Below, one piece after another: positions 46,289 through 61,700 of a stretch of DNA of 64,000 bases (position 1 is its first letter; each line of letters opens with the position of its first letter). The stretch lies in the NCBI RefSeq assembly GCF_009914755.1, contig NC_060939.1. One strand, 5' to 3'. This stretch comes from the human T2T-CHM13v2.0 reference genome, Homo sapiens. The notes under the pieces were generated by a model. That model worked only from the letters and a program-made list of their open reading frames with translations, did no database searches and was not told where the DNA came from. The position numbers and the translations under genes were made by a program.

Positions 46289-46679
46289 AGGGTCAGGATG
46301 ATATGTGTTAATTCAGATTCAAAGAGGCACATCTTTTATTTTGAAGTGAACTTTACATAACAGCAACTTGAACTGGACAGCAATGCTTGTGGAATCACCC
46401 TGGGCAGGTAATGCGCTTATCAGGCCTGGACACCACCATATTCCTCTGTATCCCTACATATTCCCCAGAACCCCTTTTGGCGTCTTTTGCAGAGAAAGTT
46501 CTCAAAACTGAATTAAGTGGCTGATCCAGCACAGCGGAGGGCATCTAAGGATGCCAGAATACCCAGCCCCAGTGTCCATGTCTGAACCTTGCCTCTAATC
46601 CCTTTCCTAGTTCCAGTTTCAGATAGAAAAACATTCCATAACAGGGGTCGTCAATTTGGAATAGCAATGATGACAACAA

Positions 46680-46920
46680 TAATGTAATAATGACCTAGAC
46701 TGAGCACTCACTATGCATTAGACTGTGCTAAGCATTATTATTGTATATAATCCTTACAGAATCTGGAGGCAAAATGTTCCTATTTCACATTTCTTATTTC
46801 TATTTCACAACAAGGAAACTGAGCCTTAGGGAAGAACTGTTCAGTCACAGAGTTAGAGAAAGGTGAACCCCAGACCCCACGTCGAGTTAGTCTGATTCTG
46901 GGGACTGTGTCGTTAGTCAT
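46680..46920. mobile_element. MIR
   Basis: ctgagcactcactatg...aaggaaactgagccttaggg. Confidence 0.6.
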
Positions 46921-48679
46921 TACCCAGACTCAGAAGCCTGAACCTTAAGGCACAGAAGGTTCTAGAGACGAAGAGAAATTTTTCTGGGCTGTATTACACT
47001 CAAAGCAAATTTAGGGTGAGAGGCCTGTCCAAGGGATTGATTATTTTCTTGTTTCCTTTGTTCTTCCTTTCCTTTGTGTCACAACTCTTTATTGAATTGT
47101 GCCAGGAATTATGACAGACACCTGAGTGGGGTAAGGAGGCTAAAGAAGAAAGACTCTGCTCATTCGGATCCCCTGCCCTCTTTCCATTCTTCTTCCCACG
47201 GGACTAATGATCTGAACAATCCTAAAACCTGGCTGTAGTCATGTCTTTGGGGGACTCCTGCAGACCCCTGTCTCCTACAGTTCAACTTCTCAAGCCTACT
47301 TTGTAATTCCTAGGCAGAATTCGGAGCTCTGCTGTCATCTTTTAGTCTTTCACTTATTCAAAATATTTTGATCCAAATATGCCCTTGGTGCCACACTTTA
47401 TTAATGCAGATATAACTCATACTAGTGAGTGTCTGTTTTGGAGCCACTTGCCCTGCATAAGTTATTGGGTTTCACTGTTTATCTTAGTTAAAAAAAAAGT
47501 TCCATATGCTCTGACCTGCTGACACCTAAGCCCTGCCTGTGCAGTTAAAACAGGAAAACTAGTTATTTGATATCATGAAGGCAATTCAGCTGGTGGACAA
47601 ACTCAAATGTTTCCATTTCCGATGGATTGTAAGGAACCATAGATTATTCATCAGGGATGCTCAGGAGAAAAATTGTTTCTTTTGTTTACTTGTTAATTTC
47701 CAAAATGAACCCAATACAAAGATGATACAGCCATGGTGCATTTATTTTTCATTGTTAGCATCTATCATTATGTCATTGCATAAGAACTGCTCAAATAAAT
47801 TGTTTTAAAATCACGTGGATGGCTTTATGTCCTTTCTCCCACCTGCCTGCAGAGTTGCCTGAAAAAAGAAAAACATGAGCGTCAGCCAGGCCACTGGGGT
47901 GAGGAGGCTGTTCACCGTGGGGGGGTGCCAGGCTAGCCTGGGTGTCTGGGGTCAGGCTTTGGCAGACCACCAGAGACAGGGCAGCTCACAGTCCAGGACT
48001 GATCCTAGGGGATCCTGAGCCAGCAAGTCACTAATGGGAACCAGGGTCGAGAGTGGAGTGCGAAATTTATACCATGGACCAAAACCTCCGAGGAGGAAGC
48101 GATTTCACTTAAGGACATTTTCTTCCTAGTTTTAATTTTCCTTTATTTTAACTGCTACACATTTGTTTCTCACCAGATTCCTCGGTGTGTCTAGTTGTTC
48201 TGTCATGGGTGCTCCTGAATGCACCATCACACGAATTTATCTCTAAAGAACACACTGGCTGTTTTGGGAGAAAAAATGCTGGTTTATGTCTTATGATATA
48301 AAAATGGCTAACATTTACTGAGCACTTATTTGTACCAAGTGTTGCCCTAAGATGTGCATGGAATATTTCAGGTAATTCTCAGAACCTACTGTCTGGGTGC
48401 TATTACCAAGCCTAATTACTGTTGGGAAAACAAAAGCATGAGAAAGGTAAGCAATTTGCCTGAGGTCGCAGACCAAGTAAATCGCAAAGCTCCCCTGTAG
48501 CCTGATGGAGTTCATGCTCCTCACGGTGACCCCCATGTTCCTCTAGACGGAGGCAGCGCTTGCCTTGGTGTCCGTCTGGAGCTATTGGCAAGGTCTGCAT
48601 CTCCATCTCTGTTAAGTACCTATTGTGCTAACGCGTACTTGCAAACCACCGAAAGGGGCATTGGGGTGGAAGGCAAAAC

Positions 48680-49720
<1,041 letters not shown>

Positions 49721-49896
49721 GATTTTTTAAAGGGGACATTGGTGAACTTGAGTAAGCGGGGCTGGGAGATAGAACTGGAAGAGTATTTTCACCCCTTTCT
49801 ACTTTTTGCATGGTTCTATTACCTTTTCAAAAAGAAGTTAAATTTTAAAAAGCCATTTCAGTGTTTCTATTAATATTTGGTATTCAAAATAAATTA

Positions 49897-50191
<295 letters not shown>

Positions 50192-50404
50192 TTAAAATGT
50201 AAAGCCAAGGAAAGAATCTCAGCTTTGGGTATGATCCTGAGGATATGGCCTTGTGTTTGACTCATTTTTAATGATGAAATTATGATATCTTGTTCTTGAC
50301 ACATTAGAATCACCAGACCCAAGAATGACCCCTTTGATGAGTTTGGGGGTCCTTAGGCCTTCATGCTGCCTGCTCCTGCCTTCCCAGATCCACACGCTTT
50401 TTCT

Positions 50405-50728
50405 GTTTTTTTCGTTTTGTTTTGTTTTCTTTTTTTTTTTTTTTAGACAGAATCTCACTCTGTCACCCAGGCTGGAATACAGTGGCACAATCTGGGCTCA
50501 CTGCAACTTCTGCTTCCTGGGTTCAAGTGATTTTCCTACCTCAGCCTCCCAAGTAGGTAGGATTACAGTTGTGCACTACGACTCCTGGCTAATTTTTTGT
50601 TGTATTTTTAGTAGAGACAGGGTCTTGCCATGTTGACCAGGCTGGTCTCGAACTCCTGACCTCAGGTGATCTGCCTGCCTCAGCCTCCCAAAGTGCTGGG
50701 ATTACAGGCGTAAGCCACCACACCAGGC
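50405..50728 (-). mobile_element. AluS
   Basis: Dimeric Alu with T-rich tail. Confidence 0.92.
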
Positions 50729-52559
50729 TGGTTCTACACACTTTTTTTCACTCCTCAGAGACTTTACAGAGAGCTTACTCTAGTGGTCCACTTTGAGGCT
50801 GCTGAGGTGAGGTAGTGTATGAGAGAGAGGAAAAAAAAAGGCAAAGAAAAAGAAAAGAACAAAGAAAGAGGGAGGAAGGAACAAAGCATGAAAGGAAGAG
50901 GAGGAGGAAGGGAGAGAGGGAGAATATAATTTTGTTGGGCAAATCAGGAAGTTGGTGTGGTCTCCCATTAAATTCCCGGATTTGGCAAGTGATTCCAGAA
51001 AAAGAAAGAAGGGTACCTTCATATTTTCTAGCAAACAATGAGGTTGGAATTTTTCCTGATTCTTCTCTACTTCAAACCGTGGAAGGAGCACTAAACCAAA
51101 AAGAGGACTCGCTTATATATGCCACCATTTCCTGCAGCCTCTCCACCAGGCCTGGGAGACACCATTAATCACACAATGCGTCCATCTGTGTGCCTGTCAT
51201 TTGAGCTGCTCCCTATGGTCAGAAAAACAGACAACAGGCACATGGCAAACACTGGGCTGTGTGGGTTGTCAGTGACAACTGGGGGAGAAGTTACTTCTCT
51301 ATGCCTACCTTTTAATCTTCACCAAATCCAATTTACTCTTAGAGAAATGAGGCAACTATGTTTAGAGAAAATGGATCAAACCCAATTCCATTTGGCTTTC
51401 TTGCTGAACTGAAGACATTAGAGGTTTTAAACATCACTGAGCAGTGTTGATACAAGTCACACACACACCCAAATCTGATACAATTGGGGCTTTCTGAACA
51501 ACCCATTTTTCTATCTAATCAGTTGAGGAATCCTTGGTTTTAAATACAGAATAAGTCAGGACAAGAATCTTATTTAGTTGTGTTACACATAAACAGCTTT
51601 AGAATGGAAACTTTCCATTCTTCTTTTCTCCCCAGAGGGAGATTATATTCATGAACTCTGATATACAAAGGGATTTCTGAAGCTATGGAATATTATTTTT
51701 AACGTGAAATTGTATTTGGGATATATGGACCCCCCAAAGGCTTCAATAAAATTTTGTTATTGGCTCAATGTAAAGTTCTTAAAGAGCCATAACTGATGGC
51801 TCTTTTCCAGGCAGAGAAAGCTTTCAGAGAAGTGCCTGATTCTTCCTGCAGGGGCTGAAAGCTGCTGGCTTCAGGGTGCCTTTGGGTTCCCTTAAGAAGA
51901 ATCTTTAGATGGTACCAAAGTTTCTATGCAAATGCAAATATAAAAAAGGTGTGATCCTATCTCTACAAGTAAATTAATAATATCAGAAAGTAAGCATTAC
52001 ACTTAAACTCTACATCCTCCTTCAGATTCTAAGACGTGTTTTTGGATCAGCAAAACATGTACCTGGAGTTTTATTTCACGTAATTTATTTTTCAGGAACA
52101 GATGTGGACTTGGGCTGTCCACCCCCACCCACTCTTGCTGAGGTGTCTCACTACTGCCCAGACATGTGAATTCATGTGAGAGCTGGTATGAGTTGTGGTC
52201 ACAGGACAAAGGAGGCTAACCGGGCATGATTCTCAACTTTGGCTTCAATCATGCCATTTTCTACCAACTAAGCCTCTAGAGTCAAACTTGAAGAACTATC
52301 ACGTGGAACTCTTGAAGAATGGACTTTCTTTCCACAGTGAATACTTCATTGATTTTCGCTGGTTCCCTGAATAAAGCAGCAACAAACCCACCACCTATTT
52401 ACTGAAGGCTCTGCTTCAGCCACTATGTCAAATGTGTTACACTCTTTAACTAACTTAAATATTGTCTATAACCCTTTGGGTGGTGTTGTTTCTGTTTCAT
52501 GGATGAAGATGAAGATATTGACACTTCGAGGTTACAAAACTATCACCATCATTAACAGC

Positions 52560-52810
52560 AACAATGGTGCTTAGCTCTGATTGAGAACTTACTCTGTTCC
52601 TAAAACATGGAAAGCATGTCACAAATCTTCAAACAACTGGGTAAGCATGTCACAAATCTGCAAACAAGTTTGTAAAATAAAGACTATTAACATTCCCATT
52701 TTACAGATGAAGAAACTGAGGCCTAGAGAATTAATGATGTGCCCCATGTCACAGAATGCAGTATAGAGGTGGAGGAGGAGTTAGCTTTACTCCAAAGTCT
52801 TTTATCTTCA
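52560..52810. mobile_element. MIR
   Basis: cattcccattttacagatgaagaaactgaggcctagaga MIR core. Confidence 0.8.
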
Positions 52811-52880
52811 TTGCTATAATTTCTGGCAGTGTAGCAGAGTAAAAATGAACTAAAAATTAATGTCAGGTTTATACAAATTA

Positions 52881-53253
<373 letters not shown>

Positions 53254-54667
53254 TTATAAATTATAAGTATTGAAAAATTAAACATTCCTAATAACTACAG
53301 ATATCCATAAAAAGTTGCCCAAAATTAAGGGCAAATTTCTTCAGTGTCAGCAATACTGACAGCATTAGTTTCATGGTCACAGAGATTTTTGTTATTATTG
53401 TTAACATATTCCAAAATTTAACACAAATTTAATCCATGTGAAAGTAGAGCTTAGACAATAAAAGATATCAGACCTTGGGGTATTACAATGACTTTTTAAA
53501 AAAGCTTATTATCATATATTTCATTATAATAACAGGACGCCAAAACCATTAGCATGAATAATAACCTGAGATTGTAAGGATTATGTGTAAATGTGAAAGA
53601 AGAGATAATTATGTTTATATATCTAATGGTCACCCTTAGGTATTATGTGATAACATGTGGCCTTATCCACTGAGGACAAGAGGGCCATTTCCTACCTTGG
53701 ATTAGGCATTCCCAGGGCGATTCTTACAGTTACCTCTTCTTTCTGTTCAGTATTTAAGCACTGTTAGTTCATCTGAGGGAATGAAAATAAAGATACTTTC
53801 TTCAAGAAAAATGAATGAAAATATTGCTGATTTAACCATGTGCGAAAAACCTCATTTAATTTTATTTGTTGAGATTGATATGAGCATTTTAAGGGAAACT
53901 AAGTGACTTTCACAAACTTTTATTTGTGCACTTAGAGCACAATGTGGATAAGCAAAAGTTGGGCTCCAGGAGAGGTGCAATTGCATATGGCGTCACTCAG
54001 AACCAAGGGGCTTCAGCCCCTTTATGTTCTATGGACCTGCATCAATCTTTCCACTTCCGACGTTTCCACTTCTCCCTCCTCCCCACTGCCAGCACTCACA
54101 CGTGTGCACAGTCATCACGGGAGGGAGGGAAGTTTATTCTCCATAAACAATTTGCTCCTTGGCCACTCTGAATCTGCCAACCAGGTTGCCAATTCTGATG
54201 TAGACACCTGTCCATTTGGAACAGGAATGAAAACAGCCACTCATTTTCTAGAAACCATCAAACACCCTGTCAGTGAACAACAGCTCTCCATTAACTGCAA
54301 TCTGGGCAAGACATGAACGGGTCACTTCGATAGACAATTACTGATCCTCCAAGCCCTTCAGCTTTCTTCAAATTGATGAAAGTTTCTGATCCCTTCCCTA
54401 CAATGGAGGGGTATCTTTTAATGACGGTGATAATAAACTGCTAAAACTTTATTTTTTTGTTATGCAAGTGGGTTCTTAAAACAATACTATCAAGAACTTG
54501 CTAATGAGGGTACACGGCCAATCCATATTTTAAGATGGCTTCCCAAATGACATTTTCATTGTTCTGATAACAACAAAAATGATTTCCAACCACATCACTA
54601 TTGGATTCTGAATAATTTTCATACTTTCAAATAGAAGCCAGTATACTTTCCTCTCTCCTCCCGCATG

Positions 54668-54740
54668 CGTGTGCGTGGTGTGTGTGTGTGTGTGTGGTGT
54701 GTGTGTGTGTGTGTGTGTCTGTGTGTGTGTGTGTGTGTGT
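54668..54740. repeat. Interrupted (GT)n microsatellite
   Basis: Seen directly. Confidence 0.95.
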
Positions 54741-56747
54741 TGCAGGGCTCTTTGGCCCTTCCCCTTGTTCTTTGTTTAATAAGATACTGCCCTGGTCCCT
54801 CTAAGTATGACATCTTCATGAATCTTGGGTGAAAAATATTTTAGGTCAGTGCCACCTACTACTTTCAGATGAAATGAATTGTTGCCATTGAAGTAAACTT
54901 TCTGAGAAGCCTGAGTCCTGTGTTTAGGAGCTCCTGCCTGGGGAAGTCTGGAAACTAATGTGGGTTTAATGTTGTTATGAGCCAGGCGGCTGAACTGAGT
55001 AACAATACAAGTCTGTTGGACATGTCTTCTGGGTTGTCACGTTCAATTTGCACATGACCTTCTGGCCAAAAAATGGGAAAGAAATGGTAGAATGTGGGAC
55101 TGAAAGCTCATATTATTGCTTTGACAGCTTCACTCATCTAGAAGTAATGCAAAATGCAATTTATATTTATACACTCTGACCTCCTGTGCAGAGAGGGAAA
55201 GTATCTAATGATGGGCCGAGGTAGTAAAGGAAGAAACAGATCTCAATACAGCTGGAATTTGTCTACATTTTTGCTTTTCAACCATTCAATTACAGTCAAA
55301 AGATAAATGAAACACAGACAGTACAGTGGTGAGGTAGTGACACAATTATTTTATAGTGACTGGGTTCTGGCTTTGAGTCTTGGCAAAGGTGGCTGCATCA
55401 CGCCTTATTTCACTGGAGACAGATAATCTGCCTGCTCCCACCGGACAAAGTCCCCTCTGCTTGTAGGTGCGTCATTATACCCATCAGAGAGGAAAAAAGA
55501 CACCAGCGAGTCAGTGACACTCTGGATCTGCATTTAGAAATTCTTGAGAGAGGCTGACACGTTAATCCTATTAACCAAGATAAATCAAGTCAGGCCTGGT
55601 GGTAACTGGGGCATTATTCACTTTCGAGTGGAAATAGGCGGTGGGCAAAAAGCACCATTTTCTTTTGTGCACCAGGAAATTTACTGGTTTTTACATGTCC
55701 CTAAATAGCTTCTCTTTGAATAGAACCTATAAGCCAACTGGAGAGAATGGATCCTCAAATATATCCTGAGTAATTCTGACCAGTATTTTAAAAGAATACC
55801 ATTTTCAGTAACTGCAGCTTCATAGTTTCTCCAAAAGTAGGTCTCACAGGGGAAAGGGATTCTGGCTTTTTCCAGAGATTAAAGAGGACAGAAATAATCA
55901 TCTTTATAAAGTCAGCAGCACCTGCTAAACTGATGGTGAAATACCACTTTAAGATGTGCACATTAAGAGCCCAGCTTGAGACCTGGAGGTCAACCTTCAG
56001 AAATAAGATAAAAAGAGAAATGAGAGATCACAATAAACAATGAAGTATAGTATTTCTGAACTGATTGCTCCAACACAAATGCATTTTTTTCTATATTCTA
56101 ATTTTTTCTTTTTTGGGGGATACAAAAACCTCTACTACCTATTTTTCCAAATATTAAACTTCTCCTTACTATATCTCACCATTGCCTGCAGATGCAGAAA
56201 ACAGAAATGTTTTTTCTTTTTAACTGAACAGAATTGACTTCTTTGTGGAGGAATGTCAAATAACCACAACTCTCAAATTGAATCTTTCTATGTTCCCTCT
56301 CTTATCACAGTTTATGACACAGACTTCCCACCGTCTCCAGTTCCCACTCTACCCCTCAATGGAAGTCATCTGCGGAATTCAGCTGGCCAATTTCTCCAGG
56401 TTTCCTTTAGAGAATAGAATGTGTTTTGGGTTTTGAAAGTATTGTTTTTAAGGTTTTGCTAGCTTCCCAGCACAGAAAGAAATTAGGAGAAAGTCTGTGA
56501 ATTGGGCGAGAGGAGTGGGCAAGGAGGTATGAGAGGCAGGCGGTCTGAATTCGGGGCACCAGGTTGAAAGTGTGAGCATCTCTCTTGGGGCGAGATGCCC
56601 TGAGAAGGGAGGGTGGCGGGCCATGAAGCCAGGCCAGGATAGGCTGTTTCCGTTTCAATGGCTGGCTGAATGAGAACAATCTCCTAGCCTCCCTCCTCGT
56701 TTTGGAACCCCCCAAGAGGAGTTCCCGGGATGGATGTGAGGCCTTAA

Positions 56748-57134
<387 letters not shown>

Positions 57135-57369
57135 TAAATAAACTAAGGACAAAATAAGGCTCCAGGAAGGCAGCTGCCGGGGTTCAGCGTTGGTTCCCCT
57201 CTCCCAGGAGCCTGCCTCCTTATTCCTACCCACGTCCTACCCGCCTACTCCCTAATATCGGGTGACATCAAAGCCATGGCTTCTCTGTCACAAACTGTTG
57301 ACAAATGAAAAAAGCCTGGGAGACTCGCAGGCTCCCACTGGCGACCTTAGGGTATTCTAAGGCGACTTC

Positions 57370-58750
57370 TCTGTGGGTGGTCAGGTAAGAAGAAAGTGGG
57401 GGTGGGGAACTTCTAAATAGGTAATGGTGGCGAGGTACCCAGGGTGTCCCTGGGTACCGAGGAACCTCTCGGTCAGGAGGAGGCCAAGCCAGACGTCCAG
57501 CTCAGGGGCACTTGGCCATGCTGAGGACTGCGCACCTGGGCCACGTGGTCCGTGGGACACCCTGGAGCTCGGGATCCCTTTGCAAGGGTTGGGGAGAGAT
57601 AATGAAACCCGCATTTGCGCGCTCCCCAACCCGGGCCATCTGATTAGTCATCTGAGTTAGCCCTTCACGTGCACACGTGGGACAGAAAAACTCCAACAGA
57701 TCTTCATGTTTCAGTTCCAGGTTTATGAAAATAATAATAGGATGGGTTTGGCTAATTAGGAAAATGGTTTGAACCAGTTACATCACCAGCCCAGTGAAAA
57801 GCCGCCGGGATGCCGGCTGACGTGACCTTGGTATCAGTCTTCTATTTCACTTATCCCTTGTGTTGCTCTCGGTCAGGCCCCCTCCAATTAAAAAAGAAGA
57901 AGAAGAAAAAGGACAAGTGCAAATAGGCGCCTCTCGTTTTGAGGAACGCGCCTGAGCAGCACGTGTGTACGCAGCCCCAGAGGCCCAGAACTTTCTCCCG
58001 CAACCGCGCCCCGGACCGCAGTAATCCCGGCGGGGCAGGGCCGGGGAGCTGGGGACGGGGTGGTCTTTAGGGTGGCGGCTTCCCCCGACCCCGGACCCGG
58101 GAACCGGCCGCCGGCGCGGGGCGCGATCTGCACGGCCGGTCCCACAGGAGTTAAACCCCGAGGCAGACAAAAGGGAGGCCGCCGCGGCTCCTTTGCTCGG
58201 CTGTCAGTTGAAAAGAGAACCGCCGCCCTCTGGACTTCAACTCCCGACGGAAAAGGCATTTTATTATGGGTTATGACAAGTTGCAGAAAGACGCGGACAA
58301 CTCAGTAAGAAGGAGCGGCGAGCGGAATCAAAAATGCTCGAGATGTTTGCAAGACAGAGCGAACACGGCTTCAAATGACAGGTGTTAGCAGGACTCCAGA
58401 CGGGATCTGCGGGATCGGCCGGGTGGGAGCCGCACCGCACGGCGCCGGGTCGGGGAGAGAACCCGGCCTGGGGAGGCCGCGGGGTGCCCCCGCCGCGCCG
58501 CCCACCAGCCCCGCGCGGCCCGGAGCCGACCCCGCCTCCTCTTCCGAAAGTCCTAAGTCAGGACAGCGGCAGATCGTCCCAGAAAATCAGCGCCAACTCC
58601 CTCTGCTCAAATTTGCTACTTTGTGTTTTAGTTCCAGGCGGGAAGTCTACACTGCGCTCCCTCCCAGCCTCCGGGTCTTTCCGGATCAATATGAGAATGG
58701 GATTGCATGTACTCTAGGTCTTGCCTCCTGCGCTCTTCCATTAGAGGATT
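57370..58750. promoter_or_regulatory. Isolated CpG island with a GLI site and E-box cluster
   Basis: Very CpG-dense core at 57930-58560; TGGGTGGTC at 57374-57382; four CACGTG motifs. Confidence 0.85.
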
Positions 58751-61700
58751 TTTTTATTTTTAGTTTTTAAATTTTATTTTTTACTAGTTTTGGTTTTTCT
58801 CCGAATGTCCCTCCTCTCATCTAAAAAATGAAATCCCGCCAAAGACTTATATTTTCTGCCTTGTGGGAGAAGCTTCTCTTGGGATTTCTGCTAAGTCAGT
58901 GCAATAGTCTTAACCGTTTTCCGCCCAGGGTCCCTCTGACCCAGCTGATCTTGCAGGGTGGGGAACACATCCTCCTCCCCGGCACCTTTTCAAATGCTTT
59001 CATCACCCCATCCGCAGTGGAAAATAGTTCTGTCTGCGTGAGTGCCTAGACTTGCAGAGCCTTGCCCTGCCCTGAGCTCAAGAGAGGTGAAGAACCCCCA
59101 AAAGAACACAGAGCAGCATCCCAACTGGCAGCGGGGCTTGCAGGATCCAGGTCGGCCTGAGGATGGCAACTTAGTGAGGGGAGGGAGGGCAATTATCCGG
59201 AGAAATGCAGGAGGAAGGGGGTGTGGAAGCAATCTTGTATTCCCAAAGGGGTGATGCGTGTATCCCAATTCCCTTCCATCGCCCTAATCTAGAGAAGACA
59301 TGGTTAGGAGTTTCACAAACAAACTTCCTTACAAAGTTCGTTTTCTTGAAAGATTTGAGCTCAATCAAAGCCAGAAACTTCTGCCAGTTACATAGCACAT
59401 TATGGCAAAGTGCTTGAAAATAAACTGCATGTTCTCTTTCCTCCCCACCTTAAAAAATTTATGCAAATAAAATGTGAACAACCTTGTCTAACTCTACCAT
59501 TGAAGAGGGAGAAAGAGTGGATACATTGCAAATACCTAGCTAGTGTTCATCAGGAATTCGCTGAAGGAGGACTGGGTGTTGCCCGAGTTTGAAAAATTGC
59601 TCAAGCACTTGCCTGCTGGTTTAATCGGTTTAAAGGTAACAATCAGGAAAAGTTTTAAACAGCTGTTTCAAATAGGCTGTTTCTTGGAGTGGTGATCTTG
59701 GACGCACTTCAGCCCCTCCTCCAACTGTGCTACAGACCAGAATCACTACAAATTTGTTTTCCCAACCCTGACCCAATCTTTTACTATGAATTTCTTTCAG
59801 AACTATTTATTCTCTTCCTGTCAAAGTGTGCCTGATTTTTATAAACCTTAATTATTTGCTCTCCCTCTGGAACTCTCCGTGACACCTCCCCCCAGCAACT
59901 TATATCAGACATATAAACAGACCTCCAGCTCGAATTTGTGGCAGGAGCTGGAGAAGGTTGATATTAAAACAACTGAGCCCGAAAAGCAAGCCCTTATCAT
60001 CCTGAGCAGAGCAACTGCTGCAAAAACTTAGCTTAAATTTAAAAGCCATGAAGCTGAGTGGAAAAGCCCCCCAGAAAAAAAAAAAACAGAAAGGATATTT
60101 TATAGCATTGTAGTCACAGAATGAATGGAATGAGAGATACTATTTATTTTTCTGTCATGTGCCACTAGTGATAATTATACTTGAAGATAAAACTATATTT
60201 CCCGAACGACTGATTTGTGTTATTTTGTTTTAACGTTCTTCAGAACTAAAGAAAAAGAGAGGAGAAAAGGAAAATAGTTGTTCTTCAAATGGCTATCCAT
60301 GGGCCACTAATCAGGAAGCAGGTTTGCAAAACTATAGGATTTTTTTTTCATTAAATAAGTAACACATGGAAAAGTTTTAATTCTCACGATAGAACACCTT
60401 CATCTAATATTTTGCTCTTGAAGAGATGGGGAGGGAGAAATTGTAAACGAAATCACCTCCCTGGGCTTGATCTGTGTAAATTGGGATCCTTAAAATTCTG
60501 GTGGGACAACCTGAGCAATAGTGAAATGCAAACTGGATGGAGCAAAATGCTCCTTTCTACATTTGGGCAAAATCTGAACAGGTAAGACTCAGTCTTTATT
60601 TCTCTTTGTCTTCTGTCTTCCTTTCTGGAATCTGATTATATATCAATTCATACTCCAAAATCAAGCTCAAATATGCTTAAAACTTCCTTGGTTTCACATG
60701 TTCTTGTCTTGTCTATGCATACCGTGTCTCTCCCCCTCCCTGGAAACAGCAAATTATTGAAAGTAAAAGAAAAAAACAAAACAAAACTCCAACAAACCAA
60801 AAAAAAAAAAAAAAAACCACCCACACATCTCAAACTTGCCCCCACACCCTCGCAAAAAGAAAGAGAATAGAGAGATTTAAGTCAGAGGAATGTGAAACTG
60901 TCACCAGCAATGCTGCCAAAAAAAAAAAAAAAAAGCAGTTGTAAAAAGAAGAAAGGTCATCTATAAGAAAGTAAAAATAAGAGCCATTGTCTGTGGGTGA
61001 AGCTGCCCTAGCAACTTACATATTGTGGCAAAAAAATATGAACAGAATTGTCACTTGGTAATGTATAAGAATGAAGATACTGGTAAGGAGGAAAGAGGAC
61101 AAATTTGTAAGGTGGGGAGCTTCAAAATAGGAAAAGTTCCCAGGAATATTTTTCGCACCCCCATCTTTGCAAATCTTCCTGGCATCTTGGAGGAGTGCTG
61201 GAACTGCAAAGTGAGGCAGAGAGGACCAGGCACTCTGAGGAAGGTTTGGGCTGCTTTCGCCCCTTTGTAAGAAGAGTGGGGGCATCTCTTTTTACAGTTT
61301 TCCTCCCTTCTGAGGCTTAGAATAATAAAGTCAAGTGGCCGCCCATCAGCCCCTGTCCATCTTCTTTACCAAACTTGACATAGTGGAAGAAATATGACAC
61401 GTGAATTATTAAAGAGGAGCTAGTTGACTTTTAACCCTGGTTGCTTTTCTCAGACCCCATTACCTGCAAATTTATCTGGCAATACACTGCAAGAATTACA
61501 GGGCATGCAGGGTAGGAAGAAGAGAGTAGAAAGCAGAGTGAGGGCTTTGTGAAAATATCAGGGAAAGGCAGGATGCTTTACCTTACCATTTGCACTACTC
61601 AAGGGGATGAGTAATATGTTATAGAAAACAAACCACTCCTCTAAAGAAGGAGGTTGGTTTCTCTGTCCAGGAAGAAAGCAGAGACGGAATTCAAAGCACA

